The translations under genes and the position numbers were made by a program. 64,000 bases of DNA from Tubiluchus corallicola (Eukaryota; Animalia; Priapulida), in the NCBI GenBank assembly GCA_030141605.1, contig JAQGDQ010000026.1:248001-312000 (forward strand), in the 5' to 3' direction. The first letter of the stretch is position 1. Every line of letters begins with the position of its first letter. Shown here in pieces: positions 41,401 to 52,721 of the stretch. The notes under the pieces are model-generated. The model was not told where the DNA came from, searched no databases, and saw nothing but the letters and a program-made list of their open reading frames with translations.

Positions 41401-44400
41401 AACACGTTTCTACAAAACTTGACAATGTCACACACTGAGATCTATCTTACCATATCCAACGATGTCAATTTAAGCTAATATTGCACGAAAATTACACTGA
41501 GTGGTATCCAAATGTTAAGCTTATTAAATATAAATATCGGGTGACAGAAGAAAAAATGAACTGAAGTTTAAACTACGATAATACTAGACAAAAGTGCCCT
41601 GATATGTAAGTACTCAGCACATCAACCAGTTTACATCATAATCTTCACCACAAAAGACAAAGCGCTGATAAAGATTTGTTGCCAAGAAAAAATGGGACTT
41701 AATCTTCTGGATTAAGAGTGTATCTGGAATTTCCTTAAAGTGAATGTGTACGATGATTGCACAAAGCCATTTTTGATACAAAGGAACTAAAGGCAAAAAC
41801 TACCGAGTGAGAAACTGGGTCAGCTGTAGGAAGAAATGCCTTCGTCTAGTTTGCAGTGAAAATGATGGACGCCTAAAGCAGTTCCCGTAAATCTTAATAA
41901 TAGTGACACAAACTTTTTTACCATTTGCTTTCTTGACTTAAAACTTCTATATCTTTGGACAAATCTAAGAGAATGATCTAAAATTTTTAGCGTTTATATA
42001 TAAATGCCTCTACCATCAATGTGACCCAAGTAGGCCTATAGCACTACTGTTCTAACAAATGAATAAAAACACAGAAAATGATTCACAGACATTTTACTGA
42101 GCTCAGCTGTTCCACCGGTTCAAACCAGTTTTTTTAACTTTCATTTTCTAAGCACTCTTTAATCATTATCCACGTGTCAACCTTTGACAACATTTCGAAA
42201 CTGCCTACATTTAATATGTCTAATTAACAAGCGGTCAGATTTTCCAGTCGCAAGTTATAATCTTGTTATATTTTGCAAAACTTGCCTCATTGTAATGAAT
42301 CACTGATTTTTTAGCAAGTTTAAATAATTTGTTGACACTAATTTTTGCCCATACAATGAAGGCATTCCAGACAGCTTGGTTGTCACACTGTTAAGAATGC
42401 CAACCAATTTATTTTAATTTACAGCCAAACAAATAGATCTGTTATTACAGAATATTGCAAAATTAGTTAGTTATTAGAACATTTACCGATACCAATTAGG
42501 TCTGGGAGCTCTGTTATCTTTAAGCAATCTTGATTTTTGACAACTTATGCACAACAAAGTTATTTAGCGATAAAAAATACTTTTTATTGTGTATCTGGTA
42601 TCATGTAGAGGTCGGGCTAAGAACAATTTTTGGTCTATAAAAAATTACGTACTTTCTGTTTCAGATCATAAAACCTTCAAATTTTAGTGTCCAAATCAAT
42701 TCTGCTTTTGCACCATTTAATATTAGATGAAAATTTTAGCATAATTCCTTTAAAATGATACCTTACTCTGTATACTGAAACTACACAATAATTTAAAAGT
42801 ATGTTTCATGCATCATATTAATATTCTAAAGGCAAATATGTTTTGTTTACAAAACCAAAAATTTATAGTCAGCACTGTATGCTTTAGTCCATATTACCTG
42901 GATGAGGGTCATAAATGATACAGGCTTTACTATAGTATTAAAACCAGATTAACGCCTAAACTTCAGAATTTAAAAACAAATTTAAATAACAGATGTGATC
43001 ACTTTTGGATAATTGTGGAAGCATATTTGACAAAAAATGTTTAAAAATGTAGTGCCAATTTAATGTTTTAATACTTGAAATATTTAAATTACTTATTAAA
43101 AATAGAATATACTCAGAGTATATATAAAATCTAATCAATGACAGTAACGCAATAATTACTTTTGGTACAATATTTGTATGACCATAATGGCTTAAAAATG
43201 ACCACAGTAACTGTAAGTATAGGCAAGGAAAATGCAAATATTATCTAAACTTTCAAGTTACTACGATGGTCGAACCTGAATTATAATGCTGCACATTTAA
43301 ATACCGTAAATACATACCACCAATGTGTATGTGTATCATAAATTCAACAATATGCCAATTTACAACAATAACAAGTGCACAATACGGATATTGCAGAAAT
43401 TAGCTAGCAACGCTTAATTAACTGTAAGCTAATTTGCAATGATGGCTGAATATTAATCTAATGTAGAAGTCGTATGGGTAGCTAACAACTTTACTGAGGT
43501 ACTCACACTGGTAGAGATAACGTTATACTAGCTTTGCAGTGTTGTAAATTCATGCATATAGTAGACCTATTTCAGGTATTCTATCAAGATTATATTGGAA
43601 GTAAAAATAGAGTACAAACGATTTAGAATTTTTTAGTATTAAATTTTCGACTATATTTTGATTTTAACTGGCAATTTTCAAAGTGGCGCAATTCGATTTT
43701 GATTTTGAAATCAACTTGAAAGACTTTTTCCAGTTATGTGACAAATTTCTTCATTTGGTCATTAGTGTATTTTCCTTTCGCTGCCAGCACAGTGTCAAAT
43801 TGCACACACCACTAGTATTACGATTTTTGGTACACCTGGGGTAGTATTCACACAAAAAATCTTTTACTATTTGCAACATTGTTTCAAACAGCGATTCGAC
43901 AGCACATTATTACTATTATTATTATTATTATTATTATTATTATCAGCACAAAATTGGAAAAAGCCTTTAACGTAAGTAGAAGTACGTGCACTTGCTTGCA
44001 CGAATGGAAAAAGTGATTTTTAATTGCAGGTCCCAATGTTTAGCAGGTTATTTTTCCAACTGATGTTTTGTTTAGATTTTCAGGAGGCACATATCGATTC
44101 ATTAGTTATGCAATAATGAGCAGTGCTGCCTTAAAGGGGGAATATCACCAAAATTAAGTTGAGCTTGAATAACTCACGATTATATTGCGAATACAAATAC
44201 GTACCTCATTCTTCACGAAAAATTCATGTTAAAGAATCCTTGGCAAAAGTTATGATAAAATTGTACACAAAACAAACATTTGACTAGGCGGACATTGAGC
44301 ATGTATCTGCGCATGCGCCTCTGGTGGTGAAATTGCCGTACTACAGATGAAACTTGGCAAAATGCCCAAGGGGAGAACAATTGTATGCAACACTTGTTTG

Positions 44401-45775
44401 AGTAGTTGTTTACATCGACAAACAGCGTTCAGCATACAGTACTTTTACGCAATTTATACCTAGTGATGGTATCACGGTAAAGATTAGCTTATTGTGAATT
44501 GAATGCGTGATTTGCTAGGTTTCGGTCTTAATTGTTCTTATTGAAACACAGTCGTGGAATGTGTTACACTAGGATTCAGCAATTAGACGGGATGCAGCAG
44601 TCAGACGTAAAGTATCGAAATACGAAGCCAAAATATAATAACTTTTAGTTTCCAATGAGCAACAGAAAATTATTGAAGCAATGAAAGTACAATCTAAAAA
44701 CCTGGATTCACTCGTACAACCTGTGTGATAATTTCAATTTCTTAGTTCTTGTTTAGAACACGATGAACTCTAGTGTTAAAAATATTGTGCTTACACTTTC
44801 GGAGAGATTCAGTCAGATGCAGTTTTTTGTAGTGTCTTTTTTGTTTCATTTTAAGCCCAAGTGCATAGTTTATCGATGCAGTTTAGTCATCTCTAGATTT
44901 ATATCCATTTCAATAGAAAAAAAAACAATTACATTATGTAATGCAATAAATAATTATTTTGTCATCGAACCACATTATATCATTAGTTTTTTATTTTGTA
45001 AAAGTGGATAATAATTATATTAATAATAAATGTATTATTATCATTAATTTTTATTTCAGTCCAACTGACCACAAGAATTTTATCTAATCCTAATATTTTA
45101 ATAATAGTGCTGTGTAAAAATAAACACAACATGATGTTATCATGTAAAAACAAAAGCTAATGAACAACGGACAAAGTTCTGTTGGTATTAAAAGTCTTAC
45201 TGATTTAAATAACTGAAAAACGACAAAGTTAAAAATGTTCATATATGTTTAACCAATAAGTCTACAGCTAATATGTTACAGCATATTATAGTTATGCTTC
45301 AGTGAGTTTCTCTGTGTTTACAAATTCATTAATTCTTCTAGCAGAATGAAGTTACTATATCAGATTTGTACATGTGCGAAATACTGTTCTTACATCTTTG
45401 GACAGAAACTAAGTGAAACGTGAAGTGTCAGTTTAACAATGTAATGTTACTGTACAGCTATTACTGCCTCTAATATGAATATGAGAAGTTGCTACACAAC
45501 GCTGTTTAGCGGGATGGGCATTCGTTACCGTACTCATGTCATAGGTATAGCCAATACTACTTTTTTTTACTAGGTACCTTGCATAATAGGCGATACGATA
45601 AGTTCAGAAAAGCGCTTAATAAGCTACATGAGCCCGAAAACTCAATCGAAAAATAACAAAAGCAAATATCTTACCCATATATTATAGCAACTACGTGAAT
45701 AAGCCAAACGAATATCCATCCAGCAAAGAAAAGTGCAGCAATTGAATTTATCACATACTCTCTCGTTGACGCCAT
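20435..45775 (-). CDS. UGCG: Ceramide glucosyltransferase (glucosylceramide synthase, GT21), 9 coding exons, 404 aa
   Basis: Exons 45775-45675, 36101-35960, 32635-32533, 24817-24716, 24425-24289, 23666-23488, 22650-22564, 21614-21425 and 20608-20435 total 1215 nt, all GT-AG and phase-consistent. N-terminal TM helix [34 protein letters not shown]; family motifs [46 protein letters not shown] and DPTVSWRTG. Confidence 0.97.
21239..21373. mobile_element. MITE family copy A (inverted relative to B and C), UGCG intron 8
   Basis: Begins agtggcattt; contains the reverse complement of the core aatagctgcagaaaaaataa and gcattccagatg shared with copies B and C. Confidence 0.7.
27330..27550 (-). mobile_element. 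tRNA-derived SINE relic
   Basis: Minus strand gtagtgtaatagctgcctg...gggttcgagtcccagtaca (B box). A related degenerate head (tagctgcctgg...ggattcgagtc) lies at about 39265-39315 on the + strand. Confidence 0.55.
30761..30963. mobile_element. MITE family copy B, UGCG intron 3
   Basis: Core aaatagctgcagaaaaaataacgca; right TIR attccggatgctaggcaaatgccact. Confidence 0.75.
35186..35374. mobile_element. Inverted-repeat element enclosing degenerate (TTAGGG)n
   Basis: gtttacaattcccaacaca (35202-35220) and tgtgtggggaattgtaaac (35346-35364) are 18/19 inverted; cacgga/tccgtg outer ends; telomere-like repeats at about 35243-35337. Confidence 0.75.
36330..36500. mobile_element. MITE family copy C, UGCG intron 1
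   Basis: Left TIR agtggcatttacctagcatcgggaat matches the inverse of copy B's right end at 24/26; same internal core. Confidence 0.75.
36985..37440. repeat. Minisatellite, ~87-bp unit x ~5, UGCG intron 1
   Basis: Anchor ctgtgt at 36991, 37078, 37165, 37274 and 37359 (periods 87, 87, 109, 85). Confidence 0.92.
37950..38420 (+). mobile_element. Probable decayed LINE 3' end
   Basis: Fragments MTKLRFL and [17 protein letters not shown] resemble C-terminal motifs of non-LTR ORF2. Confidence 0.4.
39920..40180. repeat. A-rich low-complexity degenerate tandem repeat
   Basis: Recurrent aaaaggtaaa/aaaga motifs. Confidence 0.6.
43907..43943. repeat. (ATT)n microsatellite
   Basis: Directly visible. 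Confidence 0.95.
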
Positions 45776-45960
45776 ACTTGAAGCCGGTTAACTAGCGTTA
45801 TGTAGTGAGGTACCGCCTCTTTTCTGGCGTAGTCAAGGAAAATTAACGTAAACTGTCCTGTCACTCTACACTCTGCCTCAGGAGACCCGGCAGGATTTCC
45901 GGCAACAGGAGTGAAAATTTAACATCAACGCGCAGCACACTAATAATTAGAACACGGACT
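45776..45960 (-). promoter_or_regulatory. Probable UGCG promoter/5'UTR
   Basis: CpG-enriched segment directly upstream of the ATG with an ETS-like ttccgg at about 45897-45902. Positional inference only. Confidence 0.45.
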
Positions 45961-46039
45961 CTAAGTGACAATGTCAGAAAGTAAGGACATTGAAATAATT
46001 AATTTTTTTGGCAGCAGTAGTCTTGCAGCAACAAACTTG

Positions 46040-46840
46040 GGGTTTTGGGGACAGCATAATAAAAGGTGTTCCTCAGGGATCAATCCTGGGAACCCACCCT
46101 GTTTAACGTATTTCTAAACAATCTACTGTTATTTGCAGAAAACAGCACTTTAGCCAACTTTGCAGATGATAATACACTCATTGAAAGAGCAGGAAACCAA
46201 CAACAAGTAGAAAATCACATTATAAACTGTGGTGAAATATCTCGCAAGTGCTTTTGTTTACAGTCAAATGAAAGCTGACCCTAGCTAAAACAAATCAAAA
46301 TCAATCGAATACTCATTTGACTTTTAATAATGAATGCATAAGTCAAGAAAACATGGTCAAATTGCTAGGATTTAAACTAGATAAAAATTTAAGTTTTAAA
46401 GAGCAGGTATTTGCAGAAAGGCTGGAAGGCAGACCAACGCCTTTTGCAGGACATCCCATAGCTTGAATGCTAAAGCTAAGCATACAGTTAGCATAAATGA
46501 AACCAAAGTTTCATTCATGCCAACTTCATGTCCTGCCCTCTTGTCTGGTTTGGTCATTCTGTGATGCAAATACAATTGCTAGACAATTGTTAAAAGAAGT
46601 TTACAAATGAGGGCATCATAAGAACCCTCAGTACATAAATGGAATGCTTGAAACGCGAAACTCAAACTACGTACTCACTGGAAGGAGACCTGATATCCTA
46701 AAGACTCCAACTCCTATACCAAAACGGTTTGCACTCATTTCAGTGTAAAATATCAAAAGCCTGGAATGGTTTAAAAAATGATGCAAGGATTTCTTCCACA
46801 CTTAATATATTTGTAAATAAGGTAATAAGAAATGAATGAT
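46040..46840 (+). mobile_element. Degraded LINE (CR1/L2-group) RT and 3' fragment
   Basis: VPQGSILG/PTLFNVFLNNL...LANFADDNTL, VKLLGFKLDKNLSFK and KAWNGL are spread across frameshifts. Confidence 0.8.
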
Positions 46841-47361
46841 TTTATTTTTGCCTTTCTTGTGTGGGTATGAAATGTTTTATTTGTTCCAATGAGAAATTCA
46901 GTAAATTTACTTCTGAAATTCCGCAGTTTTACTTGTAGTAATACTGTAGTTCAAAACTCGTTCCAGTAAGTAATTCTATCATTTTTGCCTGTTTTTATCA
47001 TCGTTTGTTTTAATTATATGTCACTTGTGCCTGATTAAAATGAATGACCAGTTTTAGACTTAGCTCAGTATATTAACTCACGTCATGTCAGAGGACGTGT
47101 GACTCCAGAAAATTATTCAAATCAATATGAAAACCACCGGACCTATCCATTATACTTTAAACTTTAACTTTCCCCTATAACTTGCTGTCCGAAGCATGTG
47201 TCATGAATGCACTTAGCCAGTGTTGTCCGGCAGGTCGGAACTTTGAATTTTCCATGCAAGTTTTCTTCTCAGTGTTTTCCACATGTTCTGATGGTCTTCT
47301 TTAAAAGTATTAAGAGTGGCCTTGTGCCACCCTTGAGCAATTTGAGATATTGGACCAAAAG

Positions 47362-47454
47362 TATTACACTAGTGAACTATGTACTATAATAAGACAAAGC
47401 TGCCTTGATCATGCATGTTTGGCTTATTATAGTACATACTTCACTAGTATAATA
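47362..47454. repeat. Hairpin/palindrome with 37-bp arms and 19-nt loop
   Basis: 47362-47398 matches the reverse complement of 47418-47454 at 34/37 positions. Confidence 0.92.
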
Positions 47455-49299
47455 TATATATAGGCTGCACTGTTAATAGCCAAGTGCGTCTGGTGCAAAA
47501 AATTAAAGCTATGAGTGCAGTAGGGGTACATAAAAAAGACACAAGCAATAAAGTAGAAAATGATATTTGCTACAGCAAATACTCCTACCTAAAAAAACTA
47601 AAGCACGCTTTTACAAATACAATCTCACATAAAATAATACATATTGTAGAGCTAATATACACACTTATCTTGACATAGACACAAAACCATCTCACGGTAC
47701 AATTAAGCATTCGAACAGTACAATAATTTGTGTTTATATGTAAAGCAATAGGCCATATATCTATATACATACATAGCTTCAAACTAACGTTACAGATACA
47801 GTATTACAAAGACGTTCAAATACTATAGTAACACAACCACTGAATATACACAACTTTGAGTACGTAACTTGAAGGACATTAAAACAAATAAAAAACGATT
47901 GGCGTGGGCAATGATGCAAAAGGTGATAAAGCGAAACAGTATAATCAGTCTATGTCATCTGAAAGAATAATGTTCATACAGGGTAGTTTTATGGCCCATT
48001 GAACTTTTTTTGCTCGTACTTTTCAGCCTGTCCTTTGTTTTAATTCAGTTGTGTAATTTATTTCTTCTACTAAGACTACCTGGCCAGTGGCCAGTTATTT
48101 CCAGCTTACCTCTTGATGTCGGAATTGGTGATAATTTATAGGAAGAACTTCACTGATGTTTGCGTTATTGTTGAATTTCTGTAGCTCTTAAATAAGCTAA
48201 ATCAATATCACATAATTTGCTTAATCCCACTAATATTGGACTTCTTCAACAATGCCATGAGTATCGTCTCGTAGACCTGTGCGACAACATGTTTTCAAAA
48301 TACTGTTGTACTGCAATACCTACGTTACTGAATTGACTTACACTCAATAAAAAAAGTAAAATTAAGTTTCCCATTTACACCATTAACTATGCTGAAGATG
48401 TTGTTGCGGAGCTAGAAGATTTAGACAAACTGCTGGTTTTTTGCTTGTTTGTTCTTGCTTGTCTATAACAGCTGCAGTTATTCTGACTTTGGCTTCTATC
48501 TTTTATGTGCCCTGAAGTATAGGCCTATCTGTCACCGTGCCTCGATCATAACTGAAATTTTCTTCTTTTAATAATCTTCTTCTTCGCAGCAAACACAATG
48601 ACTCAGTGTTTATCTCTTTCTCTGTTCTTCTCTTTCAATCATGCAAGCATCATCATAATGAAAATAAGTTTTATTAAATAACCTACCCATAATGCCATGA
48701 TACCGTTTTTGCTACCTATGTTGTCAAGTAGAGATTTATAGGTGTCATAGACACCAAGCTAAGATAAGCAGATTAGCTAAAATTGTATAGTTTTTATTAT
48801 TATGGTTTTCCCAAACCACATGAAGGAATGTCTAAACTACTAGCTGTTTTTAAACTACACCAGTTATAATTTTGCGAAACAATGCGCTTCAACTTAATGC
48901 AGCAATATACATTAAATTATTACCAAAACTAATAATTACTGTGCCCATGTAATGCCAAATTTTGAATTATTCATGTCAAAAACTAGCTACCAATTTAATT
49001 CTGCGTCAATGCCAGTTTCATTTGCCTAATCATAATAGTTTTTGTATGTCCCAGCACATACTTTTCCATTGTAACTCTTTCTGTCCAAAATCTCAAATGC
49101 TGAAGGCTGACAACGGGTTACTCTTAATATTCTTAAAAGAGACTATCAGAGCGTGAGAAAACAGTAGAGAAAAAAACTTACACGGAAATTACAAAACATG
49201 GCCTTTGGCTGCCGACTTAGTGCGCCTGGTTCGATGGGATTTTTCAAACGTGAAAATGCAGCATGGTGATATTGAAGTGAAAGTGTATAAAAGCAAAAT

Positions 49300-51400
49300 G
49301 GCATTTATGTAAGGGTTTTAACAACGTCTTAACATCTAAAATTCTAAGTGTGTTTCCTATTCATGGAAGTGGAAGAATGATTTGGTTAGTCTGATTCATA
49401 AAAATGTGATGTTGAAAAGGCTGACATTTATAGACCATAGCAATAATATCACTATCATAAGCAAGGATTGTAAAAGATAGGGTAGTGAACGCGAAAGTAG
49501 ACGGGAATATGAGGCCTGATGTGCAAAACAGGTTTCGTGCGGATAATTATTAGAAGATAATTAGGTCATAATTACTTTAGTTAGGAAAAGACCTAAAGCT
49601 AAAAACAGAAAACTATGAGCGGTCCTACTACTAGATCTGGAGAAAGTATATGATAGAGTTAACAAAACTGTGGGAGAGGTTAGGTGTAGTAAAAAACCTT
49701 CATTGAATTTTGGAAGGAATTGTGTTCAGAATCTGAAATTGGTAAATTGTCATGGAGAGGAACAAAAATAAAGTGTAAAAAGACTAAACTTACAGCATTC
49801 ATCAAACAAGGTGATCCAACTTCGTCAATATTTTTTCCTTTGTATATGCTTGTTTTTTTTTGTAAAAGTGAAACATTGATTTTTATTTTGGCTCAATATT
49901 GAATTTATTTAGCACGATTTGAAAAATTTTAACGTTCATATCAAGCAGCGAATTGCATGAACACTTGATAAGGTAAAATAGTTTTACATACATGCGTGTA
50001 ATGCTATGATCTGATCTTTTGCTATGCTATGATCTAGATACGAGACACTAACAAAAAAGTAACATGCTATTAAAGTCAAAAATATATTGATTTTTAACTA
50101 CTAACATGATTTTATTATGTAATAGATGAATATGGGATGAATTTTAGTGCAACTCTAAGTGCATATTTCTATTGTTAGCAGGTGATGAGGTTTCTAGTGG
50201 TGGTGTAGGTGAGAAGTTTATGTTAAGTGGTTTTCACATGAAGAAGTCAGGTAAAGTAAAATGTTTAGGACTGCTACATAGAGAAAGCGAAAATGAAAAT
50301 AGTTGGAAAGAAAGGATTCCGGATTTGAGGAAGGCTATTCATGCATTAAAGATGATTAAAATATACGGCTATGTCCTCAAATTCAAGAAGAGAAGTGGGC
50401 AGAACTGGATGGAAGTCTGTAATTGTACCTAAGATAATGTTTGGTTGTGTTGGTAGAATATTTTATCAGAAAGAGGTAAACTTTTATGACAGTATGCAGG
50501 ATGATTTTGCAAGATGGGTATGGAAAACAAAAGGGTGTAGTGGAGCTGCTGTGAGAGGAAAGGTTGGTTTTTCATCATTTGAAGAGAGAGAAGCAAAAGC
50601 ACGGTTAAAGTACTTAAATAGAATTATATTTATGAGTAATGACAGATTGGTTAAATTGGTAATGTCCTTTGCTGTGTGTAGTATAGCTGTGTGTGCGTGG
50701 ATAAGGTCGAAGTGGGTTAGAAGAACAACTTTTTTTAACGGACAAATTAATTTAGAAGTGTTTTGGAAACATTTTGGTGCTAGGAGAACTTTCACAGGAT
50801 TTGCTGAAGAAAATAACTGAAGTAAATTTTAGCAAAAAAGGTTGGAATCAGTTCATTGAAAAAAAGGTGAGGGGGGAAAAAGGCTTACAACTATGGAAAG
50901 TTAAACTTGAATCATGTTCTACCACTGTTATATATTTGAACAATAGACCACGACCTTATTTTGAAAACTGGATGAACTATACATATAGCCCTGAGTTGCT
51001 GGTGAGAGCAAGAATTGGTGCATTGGAGTTTAATGGAAATCCTTTATTTAGATGGAAGATAGCTGAACGTGACAGACTTTGTAATTGTGGTTTGGACTGA
51101 TTTGGTGAATTTACATCATATTTTACTATACATGAAAATAAAAGAAGGATGGTTACTTAGGAAGGAGTTTCAGATGAGGATTGTGTGAGTTGGATGTTGT
51201 TCCAAAATATTGATTTTGTGTTTTTTTTTCATCTGAGTAGCACTTTTGACTGCACACTTTGGTACAAAAAGGTCTAGGCATTGAACTGAACTGAACTGAA
51301 CGTGTGAGCATGAAAACATAGACGAAAAGCTGAAAGCAGAAAATAGTAATAGCAAGATACGCTTAGACAACATGAAAAGGGCAAGAGAATTGATTAAATG
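49300..51400 (+). mobile_element. Degraded non-LTR retrotransposon ORF2 (clade uncertain, RTE-X-like), interrupted around 49850-50115
   Basis: LLDLEKVYDRV, IKQGDPTSSIFF, AAVRGKVGFSSFEEREAKARLKYLNRI, LLVRARIGAL and a C-terminal CNC...HIL zinc-knuckle remnant; many stops and frameshifts. Confidence 0.75.
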
Positions 51401-51472
51401 AATAACTAATTAGAATTCACGTCCACTTGAAAATCTTAAGAGAAACATAAACAAAATTCCAAACCATATAAA

Positions 51473-51628
51473 CATTTATAATTAAATACAACAGAACCTT
51501 ATTAAAATTTAAATGTTTGTAAATTTACCACTGATGATGACAGCAGCAGCTTATTGAAACGTTTGGCATGATTTTAACTTTTTAATGTAAAAGTTTTAAT
51601 AAAGTTGTGTTGTTTTTAACTATAAATG
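51473..51628 (+). mobile_element. Penelope-like element footprint: inverted repeat around a degenerate minimal hammerhead ribozyme
   Basis: 35-bp inverted arms 51473-51507 and 51594-51628 (4 mismatches, containing aataaa); core cca-CTGATGA-tgac...att-GAAAC-GTT-tgg at 51528-51566. Confidence 0.65.
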
Positions 51629-52721
51629 AAGTGCCCATATAAATATAATGGTAGGTATTTATTCTTATGATGTTTTGATATTTTTATTATTCAATTCGTT
51701 AAGTTTATTTCGCAGGAATAAATATTATATTGAGAATATCCAAACCAATACATTGACAAAAGTTCTAACTGAACAATAACTGCTTGCTTAATGACTCACG
51801 ATTTGCAATGTCTTATTTTAACAGCATTTTTTTATTTGCCTCAAAGCAATTTTTCTTTAACAACAACTTTTTTACTTAATCTGAAACATTAAATTACTGC
51901 TCGTTGCATTATTCTGTCCCGACTGACAGTAATGCTAAAGAATGCACTCTGTTAAGCACCGGTTTTACATCACCTGAATATGAATGCATTGTGCAAACTT
52001 TCTACAAAGGAAATCTGCCTACAATCTGCTGAAGTAATAACTAGTGTCTAGGTTAAATTGTCCCAAGGCATGGTTAGCCCCGTCGGACTTTATAATTAAC
52101 CACCTTCACCCACAACATGCATTATTTACACTAAACAGGGGATTTACAGATGCATGTGTTGCTAAGATGACGCGGCTTGAAAGAAAAGCAATTAAACATA
52201 GGTAAGAAAGATAGTTCTAACATCTAAAACACAGTTCTAACATCACTGTTTTCCCAAGGGTGCTGTCATCATGTTTACTTATTTGTTCATACACGCTTCC
52301 AATATTCAGCTGCTACCTGTATGTGTATCAGACCGGCAGTTTGATCTACGTCGACATTTTATATGGCAAAAAGAACAGGCGCAATATGTGCCTACTAAAT
52401 AATATGTTTAAGAAAACTGATACGTTGAAAATGTGTGAAGAAATTTTCCGCAGTACTGCAGCAAAGTTAAAATTAACAATAGTTAACTAGTTAAATTGAA
52501 AAAATTAAGTTTTATGTAAATATTAAACTGAGAGTTTGAATTAATGTAAAATAAATATAGTCTATTGGATATTTAATTTATTTTTCAGATATTTTAACGT
52601 GAAGTCAAGAACATCACTGATGATAATGACAGCGATATATTGAATTAGTGATGCTCACTTGCTAAATATTGTGCTTTGTGAATTTTTGCAGATAGATCGC
52701 TTTATAAACTTATAGACTAAT

